NCBI GenBank assembly: GCA_009391835.1
Contig: QWJF01000007.1
Span: 722 to 64,721 of the forward strand
Source of the DNA: Chloroflexota bacterium
GTDB taxonomy: Bacteria; Chloroflexota; Anaerolineae; Anaerolineales; UBA11579
Reading direction: 5' to 3'
Length of the DNA stretch: 64,000 bases
This document shows positions 43,688 to 51,426 of this stretch, piece after piece. Position numbers and translations under genes: made by a program. The notes under the pieces are model-generated. The model saw nothing but the letters and a program-made list of their open reading frames with translations, made no database searches and was not told the DNA's origin. The stretch's first letter is position 1. Every line of letters begins with the position of its first letter.

Positions 43688-43765
43688 TTGATCTCCGCAC
43701 CATAAAACATCATCCGATTATGTTAACTTTACTTCTCAATTTCACAACCCCTGCCATGCTTGCCC

Positions 43766-43793
43766 GCAAAAAGAAACGGGCCTTGCGGCCCGT
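43766..43793 (-). terminator. intrinsic terminator for gene 43803-44219
   Basis: Stem ACGGGCC/GGCCCGT (43776-43793), followed on the minus strand by TTCTTTTT. Confidence 0.7.
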
Positions 43794-43802
43794 CACTTTT
43801 CG

Positions 43803-44219
43803 TTACCCCGGAAAATTAAATTCTCCAACCAACTCCCCATTCACAAACACTTCGTACGTTCCTTCAGGGGCGTTTTCCAGCCCGATCGGAATCGTCTCAT
43901 CGAACGGCTCCAGCACTTGGGCGGGCAGCGCCGCCGGATCCCCCTCGCTGTACACCATGATATCCACCCGGTTGGTTTTCCCGAAGATCTGCATCTCATA
44001 TTGGTAGCGAAATTCGTGGCAGGGCGTAGGCGTGCTGCCCACCACGTGCACTGAAACCTTCGCCGGATAGCTCTCCATCACAACCAGCTCAGCCTTGTCC
44101 ACGTAGGCGCTTGCCCCCAGCACCCCGGCATCCTCTCCGCCCCCCTCGACGCGTGCATCCACAACACACCCAGCCAGCGCAATAGCTGCCAGCCCCAAAA
44201 CCAAAAACATCTTTTTCAT
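43803..44219 (-). CDS. lipoprotein, beta-rich, unknown function
   Basis: ATG 44219 gives MKKMFLVLGLAAIALAGC-V (lipobox). Confidence 0.65.
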   Translation of the reverse strand: MKKMFLVLGLAAIALAGCVVDARVEGGGEDAGVLGASAYVDKAELVVMESYPAKVSVHVVGSTPTPCHEFRYQYEMQIFGKTNRVDIMVYSEGDPAALPAQVLEPFDETIPIGLENAPEGTYEVFVNGELVGEFNFPG

Positions 44220-44417
44220 ACAAATCACATCTGCTTAAAAGATTGGCTATCACCATATTAACGCCCAAGCGTCCAATATTGTTCCAACCGACCTGTTTTT
44301 AATCGTCTCTTCTTCCATCTCAACGAACGCCGCGAAAGCAAGCGTAGCCAGCTAAGAAGTGGATGATAGGCCCGTCTTCCGAGGTGTGCGCTCGTTGATT
44401 AAGCTAAAATACGAATC

Positions 44418-45218
44418 ATGAAAACGCCTTTTGGTCGCTTGGAAGCCCGCCTCCAACACTTTATCGAAGAAGGCACCGCCCGTCTTTTTTCCACCCAGGA
44501 TTTAAAAAGCGAGCTCACTTCCCGCCTGGCCGAAAGCATGCATGCCCAGGTGCATTTCGACGCCGATGGACAGTTGGTTGCGCCTGGCACCTACACCATC
44601 GACGTTAGCAGCCGCCTCGCGGCCACTCTCAAATCCAATCAGAGCCTTGTATCCTCTCTACAAGCTGCCCTACTCAGCGCCGCGTCAGACGCCAAAATTC
44701 ATCTTGATAGCGAGCCCATACTCCACATTGCCCCCAACGATGAACTCGCCCAGGGAGAATTCCGCGTGCACAGTACCGTTGTGGGCCAAAGCTTAGCTGT
44801 AACACAATCGCTTGAAGCCCAGCCAAAAGTGCAAGAGGTTCAAACCCCAGCCGGCGCTTTTCTCATCGTCAATGGTACAGAAATATTTCCCCTCAATCTC
44901 CCCATTATTAATATCGGCCGCAAAAGCGATAACCACCTCGCCATTGATGATTCACACATCTCACGCCGCCACGCGCAATTGCGCGCCATCGACGGGCACT
45001 ATCATTTCTTCGATCTCGGCTCCACGGGTGGTTCAAACATTAACGGCCAGTCCTCGCGCAGTGCAATCCTTCTCCCCGGCGACGTAATCCATTTGGCGGG
45101 TGTGCCCTTAATTTACGGCCAGGATCGCGCCACACCACAGGAAGAAACACAAGAATTGGCTGTCGCTCCTCAAAATAAAAACAATCGCACCCGCGCCAGC
45201 ACCAAACCCACCCCCTGA
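44418..45218 (+). CDS. fhaA: FhaA-like protein (DUF3662 N-domain + C-terminal FHA)
   Basis: MKTPFGRLEARLQHFIEEGTARLFS (DUF3662 pattern). FHA motifs INIGRKSDNHLAIDDSHISRRHAQL..DLGSTGGSNING. Confidence 0.8.
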   Translation: MKTPFGRLEARLQHFIEEGTARLFSTQDLKSELTSRLAESMHAQVHFDADGQLVAPGTYTIDVSSRLAATLKSNQSLVSSLQAALLSAASDAKIHLDSEPILHIAPNDELAQGEFRVHSTVVGQSLAVTQSLEAQPKVQEVQTPAGAFLIVNGTEIFPLNLPIINIGRKSDNHLAIDDSHISRRHAQLRAIDGHYHFFDLGSTGGSNINGQSSRSAILLPGDVIHLAGVPLIYGQDRATPQEETQELAVAPQNKNNRTRASTKPTP

Positions 45219-45227
45219 CCAATCAGC

Positions 45228-45665
45228 ATGAACGACATTGCGGCTTATCTTTTGCTGGCCCTTCGCCTGCTGATGGCGCTTGCCCTGTTTGCTTTTCTGG
45301 GCTGGGCGCTGCACACCATGTGGCGCGATCTAAAGGCCCAGGCCCAGCAAGATAGTTCGGCCCAGGCGCCGCCTATTCACCTCACCCCCCAAGGTGAAGG
45401 CACCGAGCCGCTACGCTTCACCGTCCCTGAGATCACTGTTGGCCGCCATCCAGCTTGCGAATGGCTGCTGGACCATGAAACCATCTCCTCTCGCCACGCC
45501 CGCCTCAGCTTTCATAACAAAAACTGGTGGCTCGAAGACCTCGCCTCTCGCAACGGCACTTACTTGAACGAAGAAATCATCACAGAAGCTGTCGTGCTGG
45601 CCAATCAAGATGTCATTCGCTGTGGTGAGGCCGCCTTTAGAATTTCCCTGGAGTCTCAATCCTGA
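45228..45665 (+). CDS. fhaB: FhaB-like protein (N-terminal TM helix + FHA)
   Basis: TM helix LLLALRLLMALALFAFLGWAL. FHA motifs ITVGRHPACEWLLDHETISSRHARL..DLASRNGTYLN. Confidence 0.8.
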   Translation: MNDIAAYLLLALRLLMALALFAFLGWALHTMWRDLKAQAQQDSSAQAPPIHLTPQGEGTEPLRFTVPEITVGRHPACEWLLDHETISSRHARLSFHNKNWWLEDLASRNGTYLNEEIITEAVVLANQDVIRCGEAAFRISLESQS

Positions 45666-45677
45666 TTGGAGCAAGCC

Positions 45678-46550
45678 ATGCCCGCCAACAGTGATGTTCC
45701 CCTGCTCGCCATTATCGGCGGCTCCGGCCTCTACAGCATGCCGGGCCTCGAAGATATCGAAGAGCAAACCATCTCTACGCCCTTCGGCGATCCCAGCTCC
45801 CCCGTTGTCCTGGGCTCCCTGGATGGCGTCCGCCTCGCCTTCCTCGCCCGCCACGGCCGCGGCCACACCATTACCCCCAGCGAAGTGAACTATCGCGCCA
45901 ACATCTGGGCCCTGAAGTCTCTCGGCGCGCGTTTCATCCTTGCTGTTAGCGCCTGTGGCTCCCTGCGCGAAGATTACGCCCCCGGGGATATCGTAATTCC
46001 CGATCAACTCTTCGATTTCACCCACGGGCGCGCCCGCTCTTTCTTTCAGGACGGTTTTGTGGTCCACGTCGGTGTCGCCGATCCCTTTTGCAAACCCTTC
46101 AGCGCCCAGCTGCACAATGCTTGTGAGCAGGTTGACGCAACTGTTCACGCCGGTGGTGGCTACATCACCATTGAAGGGCCCCGCTTTTCCACTCGCGCCG
46201 AATCTAACACCTATCGCTCTTGGGGCCTCTCCATTATCGGTATGACCAGTTCCCCGGAAGCATTTCTGGCTCGTGAAGCCGAGATGCATTATGCCGTCAT
46301 GGCCCATGTTACCGATTACGACGTTTGGTACCAGGAGCCTGTTAGTGTGGATATGGTCATCCGCACCATGCAAAAGAACACACAGCTCGCGCACCAGGCC
46401 ATTCATCGCCTGGCTGTGGAGTTGCAAACCGAGCAGGATTGCGGTTGTGAGCACGCCCTGGCGAACGCATTCATTACCGATTTTGAGCAAGCCCCTCCCG
46501 CCACGCTCAAGAAACTCGATCTGCTCATCCGCAATTACCGCAAAATATGA
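45678..46550 (+). CDS. mtnP: S-methyl-5'-thioadenosine phosphorylase
   Basis: LAIIGGSGLY, LARHGRGH, GDIVIPDQ and MTSSPEAFLAREAEMHYA are typical of MTAP. GGAG lies 6 nt before ATG 45678. The stop overlaps the next start (ATGA). Confidence 0.85.
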   Translation: MPANSDVPLLAIIGGSGLYSMPGLEDIEEQTISTPFGDPSSPVVLGSLDGVRLAFLARHGRGHTITPSEVNYRANIWALKSLGARFILAVSACGSLREDYAPGDIVIPDQLFDFTHGRARSFFQDGFVVHVGVADPFCKPFSAQLHNACEQVDATVHAGGGYITIEGPRFSTRAESNTYRSWGLSIIGMTSSPEAFLAREAEMHYAVMAHVTDYDVWYQEPVSVDMVIRTMQKNTQLAHQAIHRLAVELQTEQDCGCEHALANAFITDFEQAPPATLKKLDLLIRNYRKI

Positions 46551-49180
46551 ACATGTCCCGGCCGCTTCGCTGGCTGCTGAGCGGCAGCCAGTCCGGGCGC
46601 CAGCTTCGCCTAGCTGCCGCCTTCCTGGCTTTTTTCGCCCTGGCCCTCACCCTCTCGCCGGCGGTGGGCAACCCGGAACCCATCGACCTGGGCGGCCTGC
46701 GCTGGTCGCATTGGATTGGCCTCGCCACCTGGTTGGCAGCCTTCTATTGGATGCAGCGCGCTGTTAGTCATGAACTGCCTGAGCACGACCGCTTGCTGCT
46801 GCCCCTCGCTGGCCTGCTCACCGGTTGGGGCCTGCTCACCGTCTGGCGACTTACTGTGCTCTTCGGCTTGCGCCAGGCGCTCTGGGTCCTGGTCTGCACG
46901 GCCCTAATCATCAGTCTGCTGCGCTACAAAAACCAGTTGCTCCCCCTGCTCCGTCGCTATAAATATCTTTGGCTGCTGGCTGGCTTTATCATCACCGCCC
47001 TCACATTTTTCTTCGGCACCAACCCCTCTGGCATCGGCCCCGATTTGTGGCTCGGTTGCTGCGGACTCTATTTCCAGCCCTCCGAGCCGCTCAAGTTACT
47101 TCTCATCATTTACCTCGCGGCCTACCTGGCCGACCGTCAGCCGCTGATGCGCGGCCTGGGTCCTTTGCTGGCCCCCACCTTCGTCATGAGCGGCCTCGCC
47201 CTGCTGCTTCTCCTTATCCAACGCGATCTTGGCACCGCCTGGGTATTCATCTTCATCTACACCGTCATGATCTATGCCGCCACTGGGGAGCGTCGCATTC
47301 TGCTGGCCAGCTTGCTGAGCATCATGCTCGCCCTTTTCTTTGGCTACGAATTTATCCCCTTGGTGCATGCCCGCATCGAGGCCTGGCTCAATCCCTGGTT
47401 GGACTCCAGCGGAGGTGCTTATCAAATCGTTCAGGGCATACTTGCAGTTGCCGCTGGTGGCCTCTTTGGCCGTGGCCCCGGCATGGGCAGCCCCGGCTTC
47501 GTCCCCGTCGCCCATACCGATTTTATCTACACCTCGGTCGTCGAGGAAAGCGGTCTACTGGGGGCCATCGGCCTCCTGTTGCTTATCGCCTTGATCAGCC
47601 TGCGCGCTCTGCGCATCGCCTTGCGCGCCCGAGATGCTTACCCACGTTACCTGGCCATCGGACTCAGCGCCTATTTGGCTTGCCAGGCACTGCTTATCAT
47701 TGGCGGCAATATCCGCCTCCTGCCACTTACCGGCGTAACCCTGCCATTTGTCTCTTACGGCGGCTCCTCACTGCTCACATCCTTTTTTGCCCTGCTGCTC
47801 TTGTTATTGATCAGTGACCAATCCGCAAGCCGCCACGCGCCGCCTCCCCGTGGCGGCCCAACGTTGACCATCACCGCAGGTTACCTCATCGCCTTTGGCC
47901 TCGCCGCCCTCGTAACTGGATGGTGGGGATTGCTGCGCGCCCCCGATCTGCTCACCCGCCCCGATAACGCTCGTCGCACCCAGAGTGAACTCGTCGTCCG
48001 CCGCGGCGACCTGCTCGATCGCAACGACCTCATCCTCAACACCACGCAGGGTCTGTCTGGCGAATACACCCGCAGCTACAACTACTCAGCGCTCAGTCCC
48101 CTCCTCGGCTATTCACACCCCTTGTTTGGCCAGGTCGGCCTGGAAGCCTCCCTCGACTCCATCCTGCGCGGCGAGGAATATCAGCCCGCCCTCACCCTTC
48201 TCATGGACGAGTTACTCTACGGCCAAACACCCGCCGGCTTAGATGTGCGTTTGAGTTTGGATGCATTGCTTCAATTACAGGCCACCAGCCTGCTTGGTGA
48301 TCAACCCGGGGCCGCCGTTGTATTGGATGCCATAACGGGCGATATCCTCGTCCTTGCTTCCACCCCCACCTATGATGCCAACAAGTTGGATGAGAATTGG
48401 GAAAGTCTCAGCGATACCGATTATTCCCCGCTGCTCAATCGCGCCATCCAGGCTGCCTATCCGCCCGGCCTCACCCTTGCCCCATTTATTTATACGGCTG
48501 CCCTGGGCCAGAGCATTTTGCCAGCCGCACCCGGCCCGCTCACCTACGAACTCGACAATGCCACCTTGGAGTGCCAGCGTCAGCCTGCCAACCCCGCCAA
48601 TTGGGCCGCGGTGATTGCCTCGGCCTGCCCCGGCCCCATTGCTGAGCTGGGCCTGACCCTCGGCAGTCAGGGGCTGATCAGTTTATATCGCGATTTGGAT
48701 TTCTATTCCCCCACGCCGCTGCGCCTTGAAGCCCACACCCCATCCGCCATAAGCATCGAGCGCCCCGGCCTGGCCGCTTTGGGCCGCTCAACCCTGCGTC
48801 TCAGCCCTCTGCAAATTGCTCTCGCCGCCGCAACACTTTCCAACTATGGAGAATTGCCCCCCGCCCATTTGGCGCTCGCCGTAGAGCAAAGCGATGGCCA
48901 ATGGCTCGAACTGGAACCCCTTACCGAATCTCGTGCGGTGCTCAATCGCGCCCTCACTGCCGCTACCGCTCAGGAATTGCGCAGCCCTTATCTGCCGCTA
49001 TGGCAATATGCGGCTCCCGGTGTTGGAGAGAACGGCGAAACAGTCACCTGGTATATGGCCGGATCAATGCCCGGCGGGACAAAAAACTATGTAGTTGTGA
49101 TTCTGCTGGAGCAGGACAATCCCATCCTCGCCAAATCCATCGGGCAACGCCTCTGGCTTGCAGCAATCAATCAGGAGTAA
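46547..49180 (+). CDS. fusion protein: SEDS (RodA/FtsW) peptidoglycan polymerase + class B PBP (PbpA-like) module with degenerate active-site motifs
   Basis: SEDS motifs QPSEPLK, HTDFIYTSVVEESG and LPFVSYGGSS. The PBP part aligns by eye with PbpA (GAAVVLDAITGDILVLASTPTYDAN, LLNRAIQAAYPPG). However, SxxK reads LTLA, SxN reads SAC and KTG reads PGV. Confidence 0.85.
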   Translation: MNMSRPLRWLLSGSQSGRQLRLAAAFLAFFALALTLSPAVGNPEPIDLGGLRWSHWIGLATWLAAFYWMQRAVSHELPEHDRLLLPLAGLLTGWGLLTVWRLTVLFGLRQALWVLVCTALIISLLRYKNQLLPLLRRYKYLWLLAGFIITALTFFFGTNPSGIGPDLWLGCCGLYFQPSEPLKLLLIIYLAAYLADRQPLMRGLGPLLAPTFVMSGLALLLLLIQRDLGTAWVFIFIYTVMIYAATGERRILLASLLSIMLALFFGYEFIPLVHARIEAWLNPWLDSSGGAYQIVQGILAVAAGGLFGRGPGMGSPGFVPVAHTDFIYTSVVEESGLLGAIGLLLLIALISLRALRIALRARDAYPRYLAIGLSAYLACQALLIIGGNIRLLPLTGVTLPFVSYGGSSLLTSFFALLLLLLISDQSASRHAPPPRGGPTLTITAGYLIAFGLAALVTGWWGLLRAPDLLTRPDNARRTQSELVVRRGDLLDRNDLILNTTQGLSGEYTRSYNYSALSPLLGYSHPLFGQVGLEASLDSILRGEEYQPALTLLMDELLYGQTPAGLDVRLSLDALLQLQATSLLGDQPGAAVVLDAITGDILVLASTPTYDANKLDENWESLSDTDYSPLLNRAIQAAYPPGLTLAPFIYTAALGQSILPAAPGPLTYELDNATLECQRQPANPANWAAVIASACPGPIAELGLTLGSQGLISLYRDLDFYSPTPLRLEAHTPSAISIERPGLAALGRSTLRLSPLQIALAAATLSNYGELPPAHLALAVEQSDGQWLELEPLTESRAVLNRALTAATAQELRSPYLPLWQYAAPGVGENGETVTWYMAGSMPGGTKNYVVVILLEQDNPILAKSIGQRLWLAAINQE

Positions 49181-49230
49181 TGGACCCCCTCAGCCCCCGC
49201 GCTCATTTATAGCCCACGCCACAACCCGCA

Positions 49231-49272
49231 CAAAACGCCCCGTTTTGTCATGCTGAGCGAAGCGAAGCATCC
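49231..49272. repeat. small palindromic (REP-like) intergenic element
   Basis: CAAAACG-ccc-CGTTTTG followed by TCATGCTGAGCGAAGCGAAGCATCC (ATGCT..AGCAT arms), in the convergent spacer before tyrS. Confidence 0.4.
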
Positions 49273-49343
49273 ATCCGCATCATCTGTCCCCCGTAAGTGG
49301 CTCCGCAAAAAATCCTTTCCGATTCCTCACCTGGGCTTCGAAC

Positions 49344-50558
49344 CTACGCCTCCACGCGCACAAAACGCCGCTTCCCCACCTGCAGCACGCCCGGCCCCGG
49401 GAACGCCGCGTTCGCATCCTCCAGCGTTTCTCCATCCAAACGCACACCGTTTTGCTCAACTAGCCGCCGCGCTTCGCTTTTGCTTTTCACAAGCTTCGCC
49501 CCCACCAACACATCCAGAACGCTTTGTCCCGCATTGAGCGAATAGCTCGGCATCTCTTCCGGCATATCTCCTTGCTGAAAGACGCGCACGAAGGCCTCTC
49601 TCGCGTCCTCAGCAGCCTGCGCGTCGTAATAGAACGCCGTAATTTCCTCGGCGATCTGCATTTTGGCATCCCGTGGATGCAGCGCCCCGCTCTCTACATC
49701 TGCTTCCCGTTTGGCGATTTCACTCGACGTCCAGCGCGTAGCTAAACGCATATACTTGCCCATTGCCTTATCCGGCACGCTCATCACCTTGCCAAACATA
49801 TCGCTGGCATCCGTATTCAGCGGGATGTGATTGCCCAGCGATTTACTCATCTTGACTTCGCCGTCTGTGCCCGGCAGCAGCCCCAAAATGACGCCGATAT
49901 TCGGGCGATCGCCCAGCGCGCTCATCAGCTTACGCCCCGCGGTAACGATATTAAAAAGCTGATCCGTCCCCCCCACTTGCACATCCGCCTTCAAAATGTG
50001 CGCGTCGTAACCCTGCATGATCGAATAAAAGGTTTCATGCAAATAGACCGGATCGCCCTCATCCCAACGTTTGCGGAAATTCTCGCGCCTCATGAATTGT
50101 TGCACGGTGAAATTGGAGGCCAGGTGAATTAGGTCCCCAAAACTAAGCTCGGAAAGCCATTCGGAGTTGTATCGCACTTCAGTCTTCGTTTTATCCAGGA
50201 TTCGGAAAGCCTGCTCCGCGTAAGTCTTGGCATTCTCCGCCACCTCGTCTGCGCTCAGTTGCGGTCGCAATTTATCCTTATCTGAAGGATCCCCGATCAA
50301 CGACGTGTACGTCCCAATCATAAACACCACCTCATGGCCCATATCCTGGAATTGGCGCAGCTTGTTCATCGGAATCGTGTGCCCGATATGCAAGTCTGAA
50401 GTGCGCGGATCAAACCCAGCATACACCCGCAAGGGCCTGCCTACCTTTTCCGCCTTCGCAAGTCGCTCCAGAAGCTCGTCTTCCATCGCTTGCTTCAGGG
50501 TTTCGTCACCGTATTCCGTCCCCTGCATCAGCGTCGCCACTTGTTCTTCGATCTTCAT
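49344..50558 (-). CDS. tyrS: tyrosyl-tRNA synthetase
   Basis: HIGH (DLHIGHTIP), KMSKS (KMSKSLGN) and a C-terminal S4-like domain. GGAGG RBS. Confidence 0.92.
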   Translation of the reverse strand: MKIEEQVATLMQGTEYGDETLKQAMEDELLERLAKAEKVGRPLRVYAGFDPRTSDLHIGHTIPMNKLRQFQDMGHEVVFMIGTYTSLIGDPSDKDKLRPQLSADEVAENAKTYAEQAFRILDKTKTEVRYNSEWLSELSFGDLIHLASNFTVQQFMRRENFRKRWDEGDPVYLHETFYSIMQGYDAHILKADVQVGGTDQLFNIVTAGRKLMSALGDRPNIGVILGLLPGTDGEVKMSKSLGNHIPLNTDASDMFGKVMSVPDKAMGKYMRLATRWTSSEIAKREADVESGALHPRDAKMQIAEEITAFYYDAQAAEDAREAFVRVFQQGDMPEEMPSYSLNAGQSVLDVLVGAKLVKSKSEARRLVEQNGVRLDGETLEDANAAFPGPGVLQVGKRRFVRVEA

Positions 50559-50577
50559 CCGTCGTCCTCCACCGTGT

Positions 50578-50610
50578 TAAAACAAATGCGCCCTCGAGGC
50601 GAGGGCGCGC
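50578..50610 (-). promoter_or_regulatory. terminator-type hairpin inside the tyrS 5' leader (candidate attenuator)
   Basis: Minus strand: GCGCCCTCG-CCT-CGAGGGCGC followed by ATTTGTTTT, about 20 nt upstream of the SD. The neighbouring upstream gene is divergent, so this is not another gene's terminator. Confidence 0.55.
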
Positions 50611-50679
50611 ATAGCTCACCACAGGGTTTTAGTGGGCTTTTGCGTAATAAACATTTGCTTTTTGAATTTTCACGCTCAA

Positions 50680-50751
50680 ATTATAGCATGGGGTCTCGCT
50701 CGCCTCCCATAGTTCCCGTCCCCTTTGGGCGGCAAGTCCTTATGCTATAAT
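50680..50751. promoter_or_regulatory. divergent promoter pair formed by a 10-bp inverted repeat ATTATAGCAT ... ATGCTATAAT (extended -10, TGCTATAAT, on each strand)
   Basis: Arms at 50680-50689 (serving tyrS, minus strand) and 50742-50751 (serving the HNH gene, plus strand). Confidence 0.5.
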
Positions 50752-50788
50752 CGCCCCGTTCGAGCGAAAATCGACAAAGCGGCCAACT

Positions 50789-51304
50789 ATGCACAGTAGC
50801 CTACTGGAACCTGTCCTTGTCCTGAACGCAAACTTTGAACCCATGAACGTTTGCACGATTCGCCGTGCAATGGGCCTGATCTTTTCCGACAAGGCCTCGA
50901 TGCTCGTCAATGGCCGCGGCGAAGTCCACACCAGTTCAACATCCTTTCCCGCCCCCTCGGTGATCCGCTTGGATCGCATGATCAAGCGCCCCCGCCCTCA
51001 AATCAAGCTAAACAAGCAGGAAGTCTTCCGCCGGGATCGTCACACCTGCCAATATTGTGGATCCGCGGATGGCGAACTCACGCTGGACCACGTGGTCCCA
51101 AGGCACTTGGGCGGTTCCCATTCCTGGGATAATCTGGTGACCGCCTGCCGCACTTGCAACCACAAGAAAGGCGGGCGTACCGTCGAGAACGCCGGCATGC
51201 AACCACGCAACAGGCCCAGCGCTCCCTCCGCCTCCGCCAAATACATTTTTGGTCGTTATCTGAGTAACAATCAAGGCTGGGATACATACATCGAAGGCTG
51301 GTAA
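50789..51304 (+). CDS. HNH endonuclease family protein
   Basis: CQYCGS..LTLDHVVPRHLGGSHSWDNLVTACRTCNHKKG, which is the HNH/CxxC signature. Confidence 0.85.
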   Translation: MHSSLLEPVLVLNANFEPMNVCTIRRAMGLIFSDKASMLVNGRGEVHTSSTSFPAPSVIRLDRMIKRPRPQIKLNKQEVFRRDRHTCQYCGSADGELTLDHVVPRHLGGSHSWDNLVTACRTCNHKKGGRTVENAGMQPRNRPSAPSASAKYIFGRYLSNNQGWDTYIEGW

Positions 51305-51426
51305 AGCCCTTTTCTGTTACCCCCAGTTAGCATAAAACCTACATAAAACCAGAATTTCCACCAGCAATGGTGGTCTAAGGCTCACCCGAATCTCCCTTTT
51401 CCTTACCCACTCCCCCAGTTCGACAT

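Noticed and set aside
44229-44417. Possible leaderless promoter or structured RNA in the 189-bp spacer upstream of fhaA
   Set aside because: There is only a TAAAAT hexamer 7 nt before the ATG, with no acceptable -35 element. No convincing conserved-looking structure could be seen by eye.
45411-46490. 359-aa minus-strand ORF antisense to fhaB/mtnP
   Set aside because: It lies fully opposite a gene with clear MTA-phosphorylase motifs. Its translation is Gly/Ala/Val-rich with no motifs, which is the typical shadow ORF of GC-rich coding DNA.
46969-47817. 282-aa alternative-frame plus-strand ORF inside the SEDS part of the fusion gene
   Set aside because: It is Arg/Pro-rich with no TM pattern, whereas the annotated frame shows canonical SEDS motifs.
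49320-49350. GGTTCGAAGCCC-like string (minus strand) reminiscent of a tRNA T-arm
   Set aside because: The flanking bases do not form a T-stem or acceptor stem, and the string lies at or within the 3' end of tyrS. No tRNA gene was recognised anywhere in the window.
50559-50690. Calling the tyrS leader a canonical T-box riboswitch
   Set aside because: I could not find the conserved T-box 14-mer (..GGGUGGUACCGCG..) or the stem I GA/AG-bulge motifs. The predicted leader of about 115 nt is shorter than standard T-boxes. It is kept only as an attenuator candidate.
50789-51304. HNH endonuclease as a marker of a mobile element, homing intron or restriction system
   Set aside because: It is a stand-alone 171-aa gene with no adjacent methylase, intron/intein host gene, terminase or repeats. 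It sits in a housekeeping context with its own promoter.
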